A stretch of 64,000 bases of DNA from positions 3,844,001-3,908,000 of the forward strand of contig BQFW01000002.1 of NCBI GenBank assembly GCA_020891255.1, written 5' to 3'. Position 1 is the first letter of the stretch. The number at the start of each line of letters is the position of its first letter. Position numbers and translations under genes: made by a program. Positions 11,221-23,169 of the stretch are shown here, in pieces. This DNA is from Entomortierella parvispora E1425. Its lineage: Eukaryota; Fungi; Mortierellomycota. Under the pieces are notes generated by a model. The model saw only the letters and a list, made by a program, of their open reading frames with translations. It did no database searches and was not told where the DNA came from.

Positions 11221-12543
11221 GGTGAATTAAAGAACGAGGGAAAGGGATAAGACAGCGACAGTTTGCGAGGAGAGATCAGTGAGGTATATCAATGCAATGC
11301 AGACTTGTCGTCTGGTTGCACAAGCAAGGGGAATGAAGAGGGGAGATGGGCAAAGAGGGTGGTGGGAAAAAAAAGAAAAAGAAAGAAAAGAAAAAAAAAT
11401 AGGTCAGAGAGAAAAAAAAAAGAGGACGGACAATCTCCCCTGCTCTCGAGGTATTTGTATCTTGTTGTTTGTTGTGTTTGTGAGGGTCAAAATGAGCAAA
11501 AGAGCGAAAGGGTAGAAAGGAGTGTGGGGGCAACGTTCAGAAAGAGAAGGTAGAAGAAGAGCAGGGCAATGGTGCAGCACAGCGGTTGTCCAGTCCAGTT
11601 CAGTCCGGAAGAAAGGCCGATGACGAAGGGGGGGATAAAAGGTAGATAATAATGAAGGAAGAAAGGAAAAGGAAGAAAGAAGGAAGAAAGAGGGTTTCTT
11701 CAGTCTGTCTCATCCAAAGTCCGTTATGGATGCGAAACATCATTCGTTCCTTCAGTCCTGAATTTTTTTTTTTTTTTTTTACTTTACTCATGTTGCCCAA
11801 TCTCAATTCAATCCCGCTGCCTTTCTGTCGCCGTCCCTTTGTCTCACGTCCATCCTACCCCACTTCAGCATGCACGCACCAGCTGCAGTTGTGCAGTTGC
11901 TTGGCCAAACAGCTGCTGGCGGACTTATCCTATGTATTGCATCTTTCATCATGATGATCGTATTGACAGGCACCTCTTGGATCATCCCTTTTTTATTACA
12001 TTACCTTCGCACAGACTGTGGAAGTCCGAAAAGACACTGGGAAAAACTACTGGAAGCGAAACCTTTTCCTCCACTCTGTCCCTGTGCCAAACTAACTGCA
12101 GCTATTTTGTCCAGTTTGGCCTAGACTATTGTAGTTTAGGACAGCAAACTTTACGATAGTCTGGACGCCACTTGGTCCACGACCTTCACAAGGCCGGGGT
12201 CAGTGGTGTTGTCAAACCAAGGACAGCGTTCGTGCATTGGCGTTGGAAGCAAGACCCTCTCACAGAGAAAGAGCCTTCAAAAGAGACTAAGCAGTCGATG
12301 AGTAACCATGTCCCCCGACCTCCAAGTACTCGATCCACCGATCACTGCCTCTGAGCGCACTGTGACTGCAATCCTTTCTGCAATAATTGAGATAAACCGC
12401 TTTCCTGTTTATGATAGGTAGAAGGGAATGGTGGCAGGCACCAACTAGATGAAAGTTCTATGGTATAAATAATGTAGTCTTACAATAGGCCCCCGTTCGT
12501 GGGAACTCAGGGCCCAGCTCCTCTTTTCTTAAGGTGTCCCCCA

Positions 12544-14652
12544 TCACCGCTTGACAGGGACAGTGCAGCAGCTGCCGACATCACATGGTTGCTCACCGTC
12601 CAAACAGAGCATCGCGCAATTGTTCTCATCGACGATTTGACCTTCCTGTCCATCCACCAGCACGATGAGGCCTCCAGCCGCATTGGCATCTGGAGTCACA
12701 CCTGGCGCTGCCTCTCCACCGCCACCAGCAGCAGACAGGGCACCGTTGCTAACGTGAGGTGCTACTACATAGCTAGTGCCGCTGCCCAGAGCCTCGTGCA
12801 AGTACTCATTGCTTTGAGCTCCGCCGACCGACGTGGCTCGACTGCTCAAGTCTGAACTATGCAACAGGGCCTTGGCCTCCTCATCGGACAAAACCCGTCT
12901 TAACCGAAGTCCATTCGAGGCGCCCGAGTTGGGAGAGAGATAAGGATGCATCCCTGGGAACTCGGGTTGGATGGTGGTCGAGTGGACTCCAGCTCGATGC
13001 ATGATGGTCTTGACGGCCTTGGAGACCCGCTCAAAGGCCTCTTGGTTGGAGACGAGGACATGGAGGGAGGCCACCATCTTGATGTTGGTCAATTGCCAGA
13101 TATGAAGATCGTGGATCGAAAGGACATCGGGAATGGATTTGATCTCTGTTCGGATCGCTTCAATGTCGACACCGACTGGGACACCCTGCATGAGAATGAA
13201 GGATGCGGACCGGACAAGAGGCAATGCCGAGCGGATAATGATGGCCGAGATGAGGATACTGTGTTTTGTCAACAAGATGGGTGCCAAGGGGTTAGTAACT
13301 GAAATATCAAACTGCTGCAACTCAAGAAGGCAAGACAAAAAAAAAACAAGACGGGAAAGCTAACCTGACAATGGGGTCCATGTAGAAACGCCAGGACAGA
13401 TCCGTCTTCCAGATGAACAAGGCCGTAAAGATGACACCCACCGATCCAAGGGCGTCTCCCAAAACGTGCAAAAAGATACCTTTCATGTTGAGATCCTCAC
13501 CCGAAGGCTTCTTCTTGTCATGGTCATGGTCATGGTCGTGGCCATGATCGCCATGATCGTGGGTATGATCGTGTGTATGGTCATGCTCTTTGTTGTGTTC
13601 ATGAGCAACCACGGAAGCAGTGTTTTCAAGGCCATCCACCACAACCACGGTAGCATCAGGGCGCCCTGATTCTTTTGACAGCTGCTCCTCCAACTCTTCC
13701 TTCTCGTGGCGTTCTTCCGACTCGATCTGATGTTGAACCTCCAAGGCCGCCTGTTGCAGATTTTGAAGGTTGGCTTGCTTCAAGGGCGAAATCCTCTCGA
13801 GGGAAGAAGTATGACGAAGACTGGAAAGACCGGAGCGCTTTTCCTCTTCAGATGAAGAGGGCGAAGAGGGTGTGGCGGTGGGGTCGATCTTCTTCGGCTT
13901 TTCTTGGATGGCCTTCTTTTCATCATGGCTATGGCCATGGCTATGACCGTGGCTGTGACCATGACTGTGGCCACCGTGGCCATGGTCGTGGAACAAGACC
14001 AAACCAAGCAAGTTGCATGCGAGACCGATGCCACCGACAATGAGAACCAACTGAGGGTCTTTCATGTCTATAAAGGGGAAATCGGGAACATCCAGAATGA
14101 GCTGACAAAGGAAACAAAATGGCAAATGTCTTGAACCCAGGGGAGGGGAAGGGTTGCAAAAAAAAGTGTTGTTGTTGGGAGAAGTGGATCATAAAAGAGA
14201 ATGTTTGTTACCTTCAGGACTGAAGAAGCGTTCAATTGCATCCAGGAGAATCGAGAAACAAAGGGCAAGCAGGAAGACTCCGTTGTAAAGGGCGCCGAGC
14301 AACTCGGCTCTTTGCCAACCGTACGACAGCGTTGGTTGCCATTTCGTCTTGGCGGCCAGCTTGATTTTTTGATATCGTGACAAGAAAAAAAATCACACCA
14401 CATGGTTAGTTTTCTCGGATTTGACAAATGACTGAGAAACAGGGTTCTCCAAGACCAGAAAAAGGCATGTGTTCTTACCCGAATGGCATAGAGAGCAATG
14501 ACCGATGACAGAACGTCAGATAGCATGTGGAATGCATCTGCAATGAGAGCCAAGGACGAGGTTTTGTAGCCAACAATGATCTCTGCGAGGAACATGATGA
14601 CATTGAGCACTAGGAGCAGTATAATCCGCCCAGATCTGGAGAGGAAGGCCAT
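12544..14652 (-). CDS. ZRC1: CDF-family zinc transporter (Zrc1/Cot1/ZnT1 type), 4 exons (14652-14479, 14359-14212, 14067-13365, 13258-12544)
   Basis: Motifs SLALIADAFHMLSDVLS, SYGWQRAELLGAL, NMKGIFLHVLGDALGSVGVI, LMQGVP..IHDLHIWQL and HSTTIQPEF. Two His-rich cytosolic tracts. Confidence 0.95.
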
Positions 14653-15171
14653 CTTCTATTCTAAGCACGCGTGTGTATGCGGTGTGAATGACGCGAGGCA
14701 GAGAGGGACTGCTGTGCGGGTGGTGGTGGAGATGACTATGGCAACTCTTCTTTTCCTATTTTTCTTCCTTTTTTTTTCAAGGCAGGTCGTACTATTAAGG
14801 TGGAATTCTAAATCGACCGCGATTGAAGGAATAATGATGTGGCTGTAGACGAGTGTAGGAGAGGGACCACTGAAAAAAGAAAAAGCGGAAAGAACGAGAT
14901 GAATGCAAGTAGAATGAGGAATAAACGATTGCGAATGAGTCCAACTAATGCTATTATGGGATGAGACGAGGCAGGAGAAAGTGGCCAAGGGCTTGGAGAA
15001 TCAAGGGCAAACGGGTGAGGGGGTAGAAATCCTAGACCTAGGAGACAGTACGGGATGAAGAATGAACGAAGAGGGCAAGAGAAAGAGAGAAGGAGAGAAA
15101 GAGAGAAAGAGAGGGAGAGAACGAGAGCGAGGGGATAGGAGATGAAAGTAGGGATGAAGAAGCGGGTGTCT

Positions 15172-15178
15172 TTTTATA
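15172..15178 (-). promoter_or_regulatory. Candidate TATA box for the zinc transporter
   Basis: TATAAAA on the minus strand, followed by a pyrimidine-rich leader, about 520 bp upstream of the ATG. Confidence 0.4.
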
Positions 15179-15373
15179 ACCCGCGTTCTGCTGGTCATCG
15201 GTCTCTTTTTTTTTTTTCTCTTTTCTTTCTCTCACTCTCTTTCCTGTCCTGTCGCCTGGCGTCCAATCATCCGGGTTTTCTCGGCGAGGGTTCGTGCTGA
15301 AGCATCATATTTGCCCACAGTTTCTTCTCTTGGCTTCCTTGGTTACACATCGGGACAACAAACAACTCGAGTC

Positions 15374-15677
15374 TGTCAGTGTCAAGTGTCAACCTGTCAA
15401 ATAAACACAGCGCAAGGGGCGGGCGTTGAAAGAAATCGCGCAAACAAACACCAAGAGCAAAAATAGGATTGGCATAGGGGCAGGCAGGCAGGGGTGAGAA
15501 TGTCAAAAGCCCGAACGGGATGGCATTTGCCGTCTCTTCCGCTGCATGCCGATGCGAAGAAAAGAAAAGGAGCTCCTTCTTGAGCGATTTAGGAAACGTC
15601 AAAAAAAACATTGACACCAATGAAAGTCCGCTGTCAGTGCGGAGCCCAATAAAATTCCCTCAGTCTTGTTTTTGACA
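15374..15677. promoter_or_regulatory. Cluster of 8 TGACA/TGTCA motifs upstream of the zinc transporter
   Basis: TGTCA at 15374, 15380, 15387, 15395, 15501 and 15632; TGACA at 15612 and 15673. Confidence 0.5.
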
Positions 15678-15927
15678 GGTTGAAATCGCCGTCATTCTGT
15701 CGTGGTGTCCAAAAACGGATGCCATCCGTGCTCTTCATTTCTCTACATCGATCATTCCCAAACCAGGGAATAGGAGGAGTTTGTCATTGTAATACACCGC
15801 CCTTTGCCAATTGAGATTCATCAAGAAACGCGAGGGATCAAAGAGGATAGTTGCGCAAAGGATATATTGACAAATGATTAAGTGGTGCACGACTAAGAGA
15901 AAAAAAGCTGCTCTTCTAGTGATGTTT

Positions 15928-18081
15928 CTAGATGGTGGCGACATTCTCGGGAGAATCGACGTCCTTGAGCTCGGTCGCCTCCATCCCGCCGTCAGCAATG
16001 GCCAACTCTCCCTCCGGAACAGAAGAGTCATTGATGATACGAGTGCCACCGGGCTTGAACCAGTGACGACCCCAGATCGCAAAGTAAACGACACACAATC
16101 CAATGACAAGCACGAAGGGAACCAATGCATAGTTCATGTTCTCGGCCGTGACAGGAGCCTCAGTAGGGCACAAGAACAGCACCGAGGTGACCAAGATCCA
16201 GACTGAAGCAATGATACCCGTGGGGATTGAGAACTTTCCAAGGTTAAAGGGACCAGCCTGGAAAGTGTCGCGAGCCAAGACAATGCGGCAGAGAATAGGG
16301 ATCAAGTACGAGATCGAAGACGCGATTGTGTTGACCGAAACAATAGCCGAGTACGCCGTCTCGGACCAAATGTAGGGCAAACCGAGAACAAAGCAGAATG
16401 CAATGTTAAACCAGACGGCCGCCACGGGTGACTTTTTGTCGTTCAACTTGTGCAAGTGCTTTGACAAGGGCAGGGCACCATCACGCGCAAAGGCATACAC
16501 CATGCGCGAACTGGCAAGTGTCAATGCAGATCCGCAAAAGAACTGAGCGCCCAAAATGATAATAATCAAGAAGATGGCCCAGCTCTCTCCTGCAGAGTCC
16601 AAGAAGATCTGAGAGAGAGAAATACCCACAGTAGGGTTGACGATCTGAGACTGGAAATCCTGGATGCAGAAGGTGATACCGACAAGGAAGAACCAGCCGA
16701 CGGCACTGGCGACAACGATGGCGCGGATGATGCCCCAAGGTCCACCCTGCTGCGCGTTGCGGGTCTCCTCAGACATGTGTGCGGCCGAATCGTAACCAGA
16801 GAGGGTATATTGCGACTGGAGCAAGCCAAGCATGAAGACATAGAATCCAGAGTTCCATCCTGTGTTGTTTTCCCAGTTGGTGAACACGAACGCTGCCGAC
16901 TGCTTCACTGGGGTGGTGGCTACGACGACAATGACAATGATGGCTGTTCCAATCACGTGCCACCAAACTTCCGTTCACAGGAGAAAAAAACAATGATAAA
17001 CATCGGTTAGTCTCTGCAGGGCAAAGTTAGCGGCCAATTGGACCCCATTGGAGACTAGGGAGACACAGCGGATAACATGAAAACACGGGCGTAACGGTCT
17101 TGTCATTGATGAACGTACCAGAAAGGATGTTGAAGACACCGTTCAAGCGCACTGCCAACGAGTTGACGAGACCATGCAGAAAGATGATTCCGACGTAGAT
17201 GCCAAAGATGACATAGGTGCTGGCCAGGTATCCCGAGGTCATCGAGATCAGTGAAGCCAGGAACTGAGCCATCGCCAAATCAGTACTCGCAATGGCCACA
17301 CACAAACCAAGCCAGTTGGTGTAGCCAACGACCCAAGAAGCCAAAGGAACCCACTTGGGACTGCCGAGATGAACGCCGTTGACCACGCGCCCCTCCAGGA
17401 TCTTGATTGTCCAAAAGTAGAGTCCGCCCGTGGTAGGATAAGCAGAGCAAATCTCGGCCAACGACATGCCAATCGTCAAGGTGAACAAACTGACCACAAG
17501 CCATCCTACATGAGTCGTCGGAAAAGAACGATCATGGTGACAAAGGGAAAAAAAGGAGGGGGTGTCAACACAACACGAGCTTTTACGGGCCATCATGTCA
17601 GTAAAAGAAGCCGCAAGAGATCAATCACCCTACCCCAGATGACAGTGACGGGTCCACCGGATTGCAAGGCATTTCCATAGAGAGGAGTCAACCCTGAGAG
17701 GATAGACAGGCAAGAAAAGGTGATGCCAAAGTTGCCGAACGCTGACAGCGATCGATCCAAGGACTATATCGGAGGGGATAACGGTTGAGATGTCAACAAC
17801 GCTGCATCTGATGGAAAGAGATTCTCACGGAGGCAACAACGATCCCGCGCTTGGGACAGTGTTGCACAGAGGCGATGGTCGTATTTAGCCGCTTGGAACG
17901 TTGACGACCCATTGCTGTTTCATGAGCGACAGGGGATGAGCTCGATGAGTCAGTTCCTTGGCAAGGAGTCAGCGAGCTGTACCTGCTTATAGCCAAGCTT
18001 GGCCAAGATAGCCGTGTCATGATCGTACAAGGATCCGGACTCTTCGGAGCCTGCCTTATCCTCAAAGGTTGTCTTTTCCAT
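15928..18081 (-). CDS. APC-superfamily amino-acid/GABA/polyamine permease (Uga4/Tpo5/Hnm1 type), 4 exons (18081-17983, 17763-17634, 17505-17119, 16967-15928)
   Basis: Spliced product has LAKLGYKQ|SLDRSLSAFGNFGITFS..GGPVTVIWG, SLAEICSAYPTTGGLYFW, GYDSAAHMSEETRNA, SSRMVYAFARDGALP and GPFNLGKFS. Confidence 0.93.
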
Positions 18082-18540
18082 GTACCACTTTCGTCGTTGG
18101 ATGGGGGATAAAGGATGGAGACCTGGGGGTGATTTTGCGCAAAGGCGAGGTCGAGGGTGGAGGAGAAGAGTGAGGGGCTGGGGATGGCCGAGGGTCGTGG
18201 AAGGCGATGCAGTGAACTTGTGGACAAAGAAGTAAGAGAAGAAGAAGAAGAAAACAAGAAAAAAAAAACAAAAACAGAGAGAGGAAGGTTAAAACCTTTT
18301 TGTCATCAACGCACCCTGCAGGCCCGTCCATACCGTGAATTCTAGCCTTTTCACCCGATCATGAATGCCGTTGGGACCATAGAAGGTGGAGAACTCTCTG
18401 AGCGGGCGAGTGGAGACACGAGGGCAGACGATCAAGCATCTTGGCGCGGCCAGTCGCAGCCCAGCGGCCGTAAAAACAAGATTGAGTGTATGTATGTGAG
18501 CACTCTCCGGCGTGGCATTCTCAACAGTGTGTCCGAGTCC

Positions 18541-18913
18541 GATAACATGCATGAAAACCAAAAAAAAAAAAAAAAAAAAAAGGATTCAAAAAAAAACTCT
18601 TTTGGCCCTTTTTTTTTTTCGTTGACGGTCGCACAGTGGCCCTGGACTCCGTTCTGGGAAAATTCAAAGGGAAAGGGTCGAGAAACCAATTGTGGACCAT
18701 GATTTCCACTGGTCCCAGTTACTTTGTTCCTTTTGTTTGTTGTTGCAGTGGCTGTCGATTTGTTATCCTTTTATTGTCTGCCGTCGATTCATTGTCTCTT
18801 TCTATGCTTTCCCTGTAAGATGCACTTTGACGATGCTTTTTAGAGGTCCATTCGGCCGACTGGCGGCTGATTGCTGCCGCGTTTTCGCTCAACAACGATA
18901 ACCTGCCTTTATC
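18541..18913. promoter_or_regulatory. Four GATAA/TTATC sites upstream of the permease (possible GATA-factor nitrogen control)
   Basis: GATAA at 18541 and 18897; TTATC at 18763 and 18909. The last two form an inverted pair. Enrichment over chance is only modest. Confidence 0.3.
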
Positions 18914-19266
18914 CAATCGATGTTTGTGGACTTCCCCTCATTCTCACGCGAAGCGTTGGGTATCACAGAAATCGTGGACACAACAATTGAGTTGGCAGCT
19001 GGACAAGACAAAAATGGATTCAAGAGGGGGTCGACAGGCCGCAAGGGACAACAAGAGACCTGCCGCAGGAACTTCGAGGTTGCGTTTGCTCTCCTTTGTG
19101 CTCTCGACCGAAACACAAGCTGAGACGCGACGTCGCAAGAGCCACGAAGGCCTACGGCGGAACAACAAGAAAAAACCACTCTGCCAGTAACCCCCCCCCT
19201 CCTCTGACATGTCGGATGTCGTTCTGTTGGATTTTTTTTTTTAACATTTCAACCTGCCTATTCCTT

Positions 19267-20453
19267 TTATTGATGTTCTACAGGGACATGGATATTCAAT
19301 CCCTGCTGGCCTTCATGAGGCCGATTTTGGTATTTTCCCAACAGAACGTCTCTACTGATTCCGCGAGCTTTTGGGAGTGGCGTCCGTTGAGGGGCCGTTG
19401 GTTTGTTTGAAGAGATCCAGTCCATGGAATCAGAGTTCAGGGCAGAGGGTGCTCGAGGAGGCGAGGATGGAGGGGTGCTGAGGCCCGATTTTGAAACCGA
19501 AGGGCGATAGACGATGCCTCGGAAACGAGCTGGTATCTTGGAGTTATCGGCGTCCTCCTCCTCATCCGTCTCACTTGAGGATGAGCTCGACATTCTTCTC
19601 TGCGCTGCCCTCACCAGACCATCAATATCAGGTTCCTCGTCGTCCTCATCTACAACAAGGCTCTCGAGGCTTGAAAGATGTTGGAGCATCTCCTCTTCAA
19701 ATCGGTCCCTGACGAATGTTGGCTGATCCTGAACCTCTGTGTAGGTGGGAATGCCAAATTTGAATCGCCTACTTTCGGCATGTGAAGGTATTGACCCGAC
19801 AGTGATAGGGATAGGGGGGAACTGGAGTACGAATGGAGTACTGGAGCTAAACGGTGCCGTTACGCCGGTGTGCATGTCTGAAGGTTTGCTGTCAATAATA
19901 GACGATCTTTGGGAGGGAGTGGGAATAGCAGTAAGGTCGAGAGTGGGGCGTCTCCTCAAGCGGCTGACGAGGCTGCCGTACTTTTGGGGCGTGGGTAGAG
20001 ATATGTAAAGGGAATATTGAATGTGGCATGACGGCATCACCGTTTCGTCAATGGAGGGAACAAGACCAATGTTGGTGGGAAGTCTGAACTGGAGTTGCTG
20101 CTTCCAAGCGGTGCCCTTGTTGGTCGATCTGGGTGTTGGAACCGTAGTTTCGTGCACCGTCGAGTGCAAGGCGGGACGGCCAACCAAGGATATAGAGCGG
20201 ACTAGCGACAGGTGGATGTTCTGCAGGTCCGTCTGGGACTTGTTGTCGACCACTAGTACCATGGCCACAGACTCGCCTATGGAACGTGCGGGGATAATAA
20301 TAGACAGACAGTTGTGGTCAGTAAAGTTTCTGCAACGCACTTCAAACATGAGGCACCGAGTACCTCCTCGAGGCGCAAGGGAGTGGAGGGGAAGGGAGGG
20401 CAAGAGAACCACCAGCATCATGCCCAAAGAGGGAATTTCGTGGCCTGTGACCC

Positions 20454-20496
<43 letters not shown>

Positions 20497-21310
20497 TCGG
20501 GGTTATTATTACAACCATATATAAATCACTCACCAATACAGACAGCTCCTGTACACTCGACTGAGGCATTTATAGCCCCCAATTGAGCATTGTACGATTG
20601 TGATGGTGCAGCCAAGCGGTTGTGGGGCAAGGTTGTGGGAACCATGGGAAGGTACATCACTGTGACAGAAGGGGATTTGGCTGAAGACAAAACACTGCGA
20701 CATCCTTCACGCTGACTTGGGCTCAGAGTGGAAAGCTCGGCGTGAACAGAGAACCGCACCGAGGGTCCATCAGGTCCACACTATCCAGAACAAAGAGTTG
20801 GAGCAATTTCGTCGTCAGACAATTAGTCAGTCAATCAATGACACGAGGCATGTTGAAGGTTGTGTTGGGTCAAAAGGTCATTCGCTAGTTAGGTTATCTG
20901 ATCTAGTCTGCATGCACACCTACCTCGAGACTGGGAGGATAGTTGCATAGGGGTAGCTTAATAGAAAAGTGCAAGGGATGGGTCCTTCTGCAAGGATTCA
21001 ATAGCTCATCCTGGATCAAGGTGTGCTCGACTTCAAAGATTACAGGCGAAGGCGACGCCAGTGATGACGATGTAGCGCCTGGTTCTTGGGGTGGTTGTGC
21101 AGAGGTCTGGTGGCAGGCAAAAACAACTTTGAGGCTGCATGGAAAAGAGGATGAGCGAGCAAGGTGCAAATGTACTTGGCCTTGGATAGTCGTGCCGGGC
21201 CCGTAAAAACGAGCACGGCCATTGTTGGTGAGGAGAGAGACGGTCAGGCCAGCGGGGGCAAGGAGGCTAGCTGCCGAGTCATTCGATTGCAGTCTGGAGA
21301 AGAATCGCAT
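19267..21310 (-). CDS. Alpha-arrestin-like protein (Arrestin_N + Arrestin_C, Ser/Pro-rich tail), 3 exons (21310-20924, 20780-20534, 20276-19267)
   Basis: Motifs FYGPGTTIQGQVHL, HPLHFSIKLPLCNYPPSLE, GESVAMVLVVDNKSQTDLQNIHLSL, LVPSIDETVMPSCHIQYSLYI and PPIPITVGS. All junctions are in-frame GT-AG. Confidence 0.8.
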
Positions 21311-21990
21311 TTGGGAAGAGTGGAGAGAAGGGAGATTCAAAGGCCAATGGTCACGGCCACGTCAGGCGGGGAGAAGAGAGGAGAGGGGGAGAGGGGGAGA
21401 GGGGGAGAGCAAGAGAACAAGAGCAAAGAGGAGATGAAGAGAAGGATGAATGGATGAATGGATGAAATGAAGAAGAGAGTGCAATGAATGAATGCGGAAA
21501 TAGGGAGGATTGATGGAGCGAGCGGACAATTTTTTTCTCTCATTCTGTTGTCCAGGTGGACACATTTTTTTTTTTTATTGTTCCGCCGTGTCTGGCTGCA
21601 GTGGGGTGGGAAGACGGGCCAAACGCAGACCGATCGCCGTGCTGTCGGCTCTCCTGCAGCACGCAGCGCCTCGGGTCTGCCAGTGCTCCCTCCCCCTTTG
21701 ACGGGTTGTGCCCCACTCTCTCTCTGTCTACAGTACTCTTTGCTCTGCTGCTGCTCTGCTGCTGCTCTGCTCTGCTCACTGAGACTCTCTCTCTTCATTT
21801 CTCTTTCTTCATTTCTCTCTCTTCTCTCTCTCTCTCCCTCTTGTTCGCTTTCTGTTCCTTATTTTGTTCCATACGACTTCTTTTTTTGATCTTTTTCCTT
21901 TATTGCTTTCGGTACTATTATAGTGGGTTTCATTCCTCCTCTTTCTGTCAAAGCTTACGAGTATGGATATGCATGAGTGCAGGTCTGCTT

Positions 21991-22043
21991 GCGTGGGTGG
22001 GCGTAAATGGGCGTGAATGGGCGTGGGCGTGGGTGTGGGCGTG
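21991..22043. promoter_or_regulatory. GC-box / EGR-like motif array (GGGCGT x5) upstream of the arrestin
   Basis: GGGCGT at 21999, 22009, 22019, 22025 and 22037, with one GGGTGT variant. Exact GCGTGGGCG at 22021-22029. Confidence 0.45.
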
Positions 22044-22298
22044 AAACGGCGACTTCTTCGTCTTGGTCCTTCTGTGATGTCTGTAAAGCCGTTCGTAGGG
22101 TATTATGGATAAAAGGTAGTGCAATTGCAACAAGGAAAAAAAAAGAAAAAAATCTCCACAGCCGCCGCCAAGTCCCAGTTGTCCACTTGATCGGTTGGTG
22201 GCGATGGTGGGCTGTGTTGGGTTTGTCCAGACTTCGCCAGTCCTGTCAGTCCTGCATTGGCTCGTCTAGCTGCTTTACGCCTGCTCAAGGAACAACCC

Positions 22299-22816
22299 CT
22301 ACTTGAAGTAGACGGCCTTGGGGTCGATGGGAACTCCTGTTCGGGGGTCAATGCCGTTGGCCTTCATCTTGTTCTGCTGCTGAATCAGACGAGCCTGGTC
22401 AAAGTTGCACCTGTACTTCTTCATAATCGCCCGAATCTCATTTGCATTCTCCAGTCCATGTCGGTCGTCTATCAAATTGGCCCAAGGAGTCAGAAAACAA
22501 TGCACAATAAAAGGAAGCGTCATCCAGGGAACAATGACTCGTCTTTCATGCCGCGCCAGATAAATGCGTTTCAACGAGCGACAAAAAAAAGCAGAAACTT
22601 ACCTCCGGCCAACAGGTTCTGGTGAAGGTCAAAGTTGTCAGAAGTCAGGCCTTCCTCAATGTTTTGTTCAAAAGTTCTGTCTTCTTCTGAACGGAAGAAT
22701 GGTAGACGGGTATAACGAAGTCGTTCTCGCAGCTCTTGCAACTTTGGGAGCCAGAAGCCCCTCGTAATATATGCTGCAATGCACCAGACAAGAAGAACCA
22801 AGAAGATTGAGAGCAT
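22299..22816 (-). CDS. DUF2015 / UPF0357 small fungal membrane protein, 127 aa, 2 exons (22816-22603, 22468-22299)
   Basis: N-terminal hydrophobic segment, then RYTRLP..FEQNIEEGLTSDNFDLHQNLLAGDDRHGL..EIRAIMKKYRCNFDQARL...NGIDPRTGVPIDPKAVYF. Confidence 0.85.
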
Positions 22817-23169
22817 AGGGGAAATGGATGGTGGTACGCAGAAAGAGAGGGTAACTATAGCTGTGCAGTCTGTGAAAGTGAAGTAATGTACAGTGCAGAG
22901 CAAGGATGGAGGGATGGGGGGTATGTGGAGAAGAGAAAGAAAAGAAATGGACCAGCAGTAGCAAGCATTGCTCATCCGCCCGGGCCGCGGAAGCATGTCT
23001 GGCGTGCGGTGGCTTTGCAGGCCCAGTCCAGCTTGCCCATGGTCTCCTGCCGTGCGACTCGAGAACCTCTTCGTCCCCCCATTCCCTCTGCATCTCTTCT
23101 TTTTTTTCTTTCCTTCTTCTCAACCTTCCCTCTCTTTCACCTCTCTTTTTCCTCACTCAACTGCCAACC

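Noticed and set aside
17764-18560. Possible TPP riboswitch in the permease intron or leader
   Set aside because: No CTGAGA...ATACC/GAACCTGAT core was found on the sense strand.
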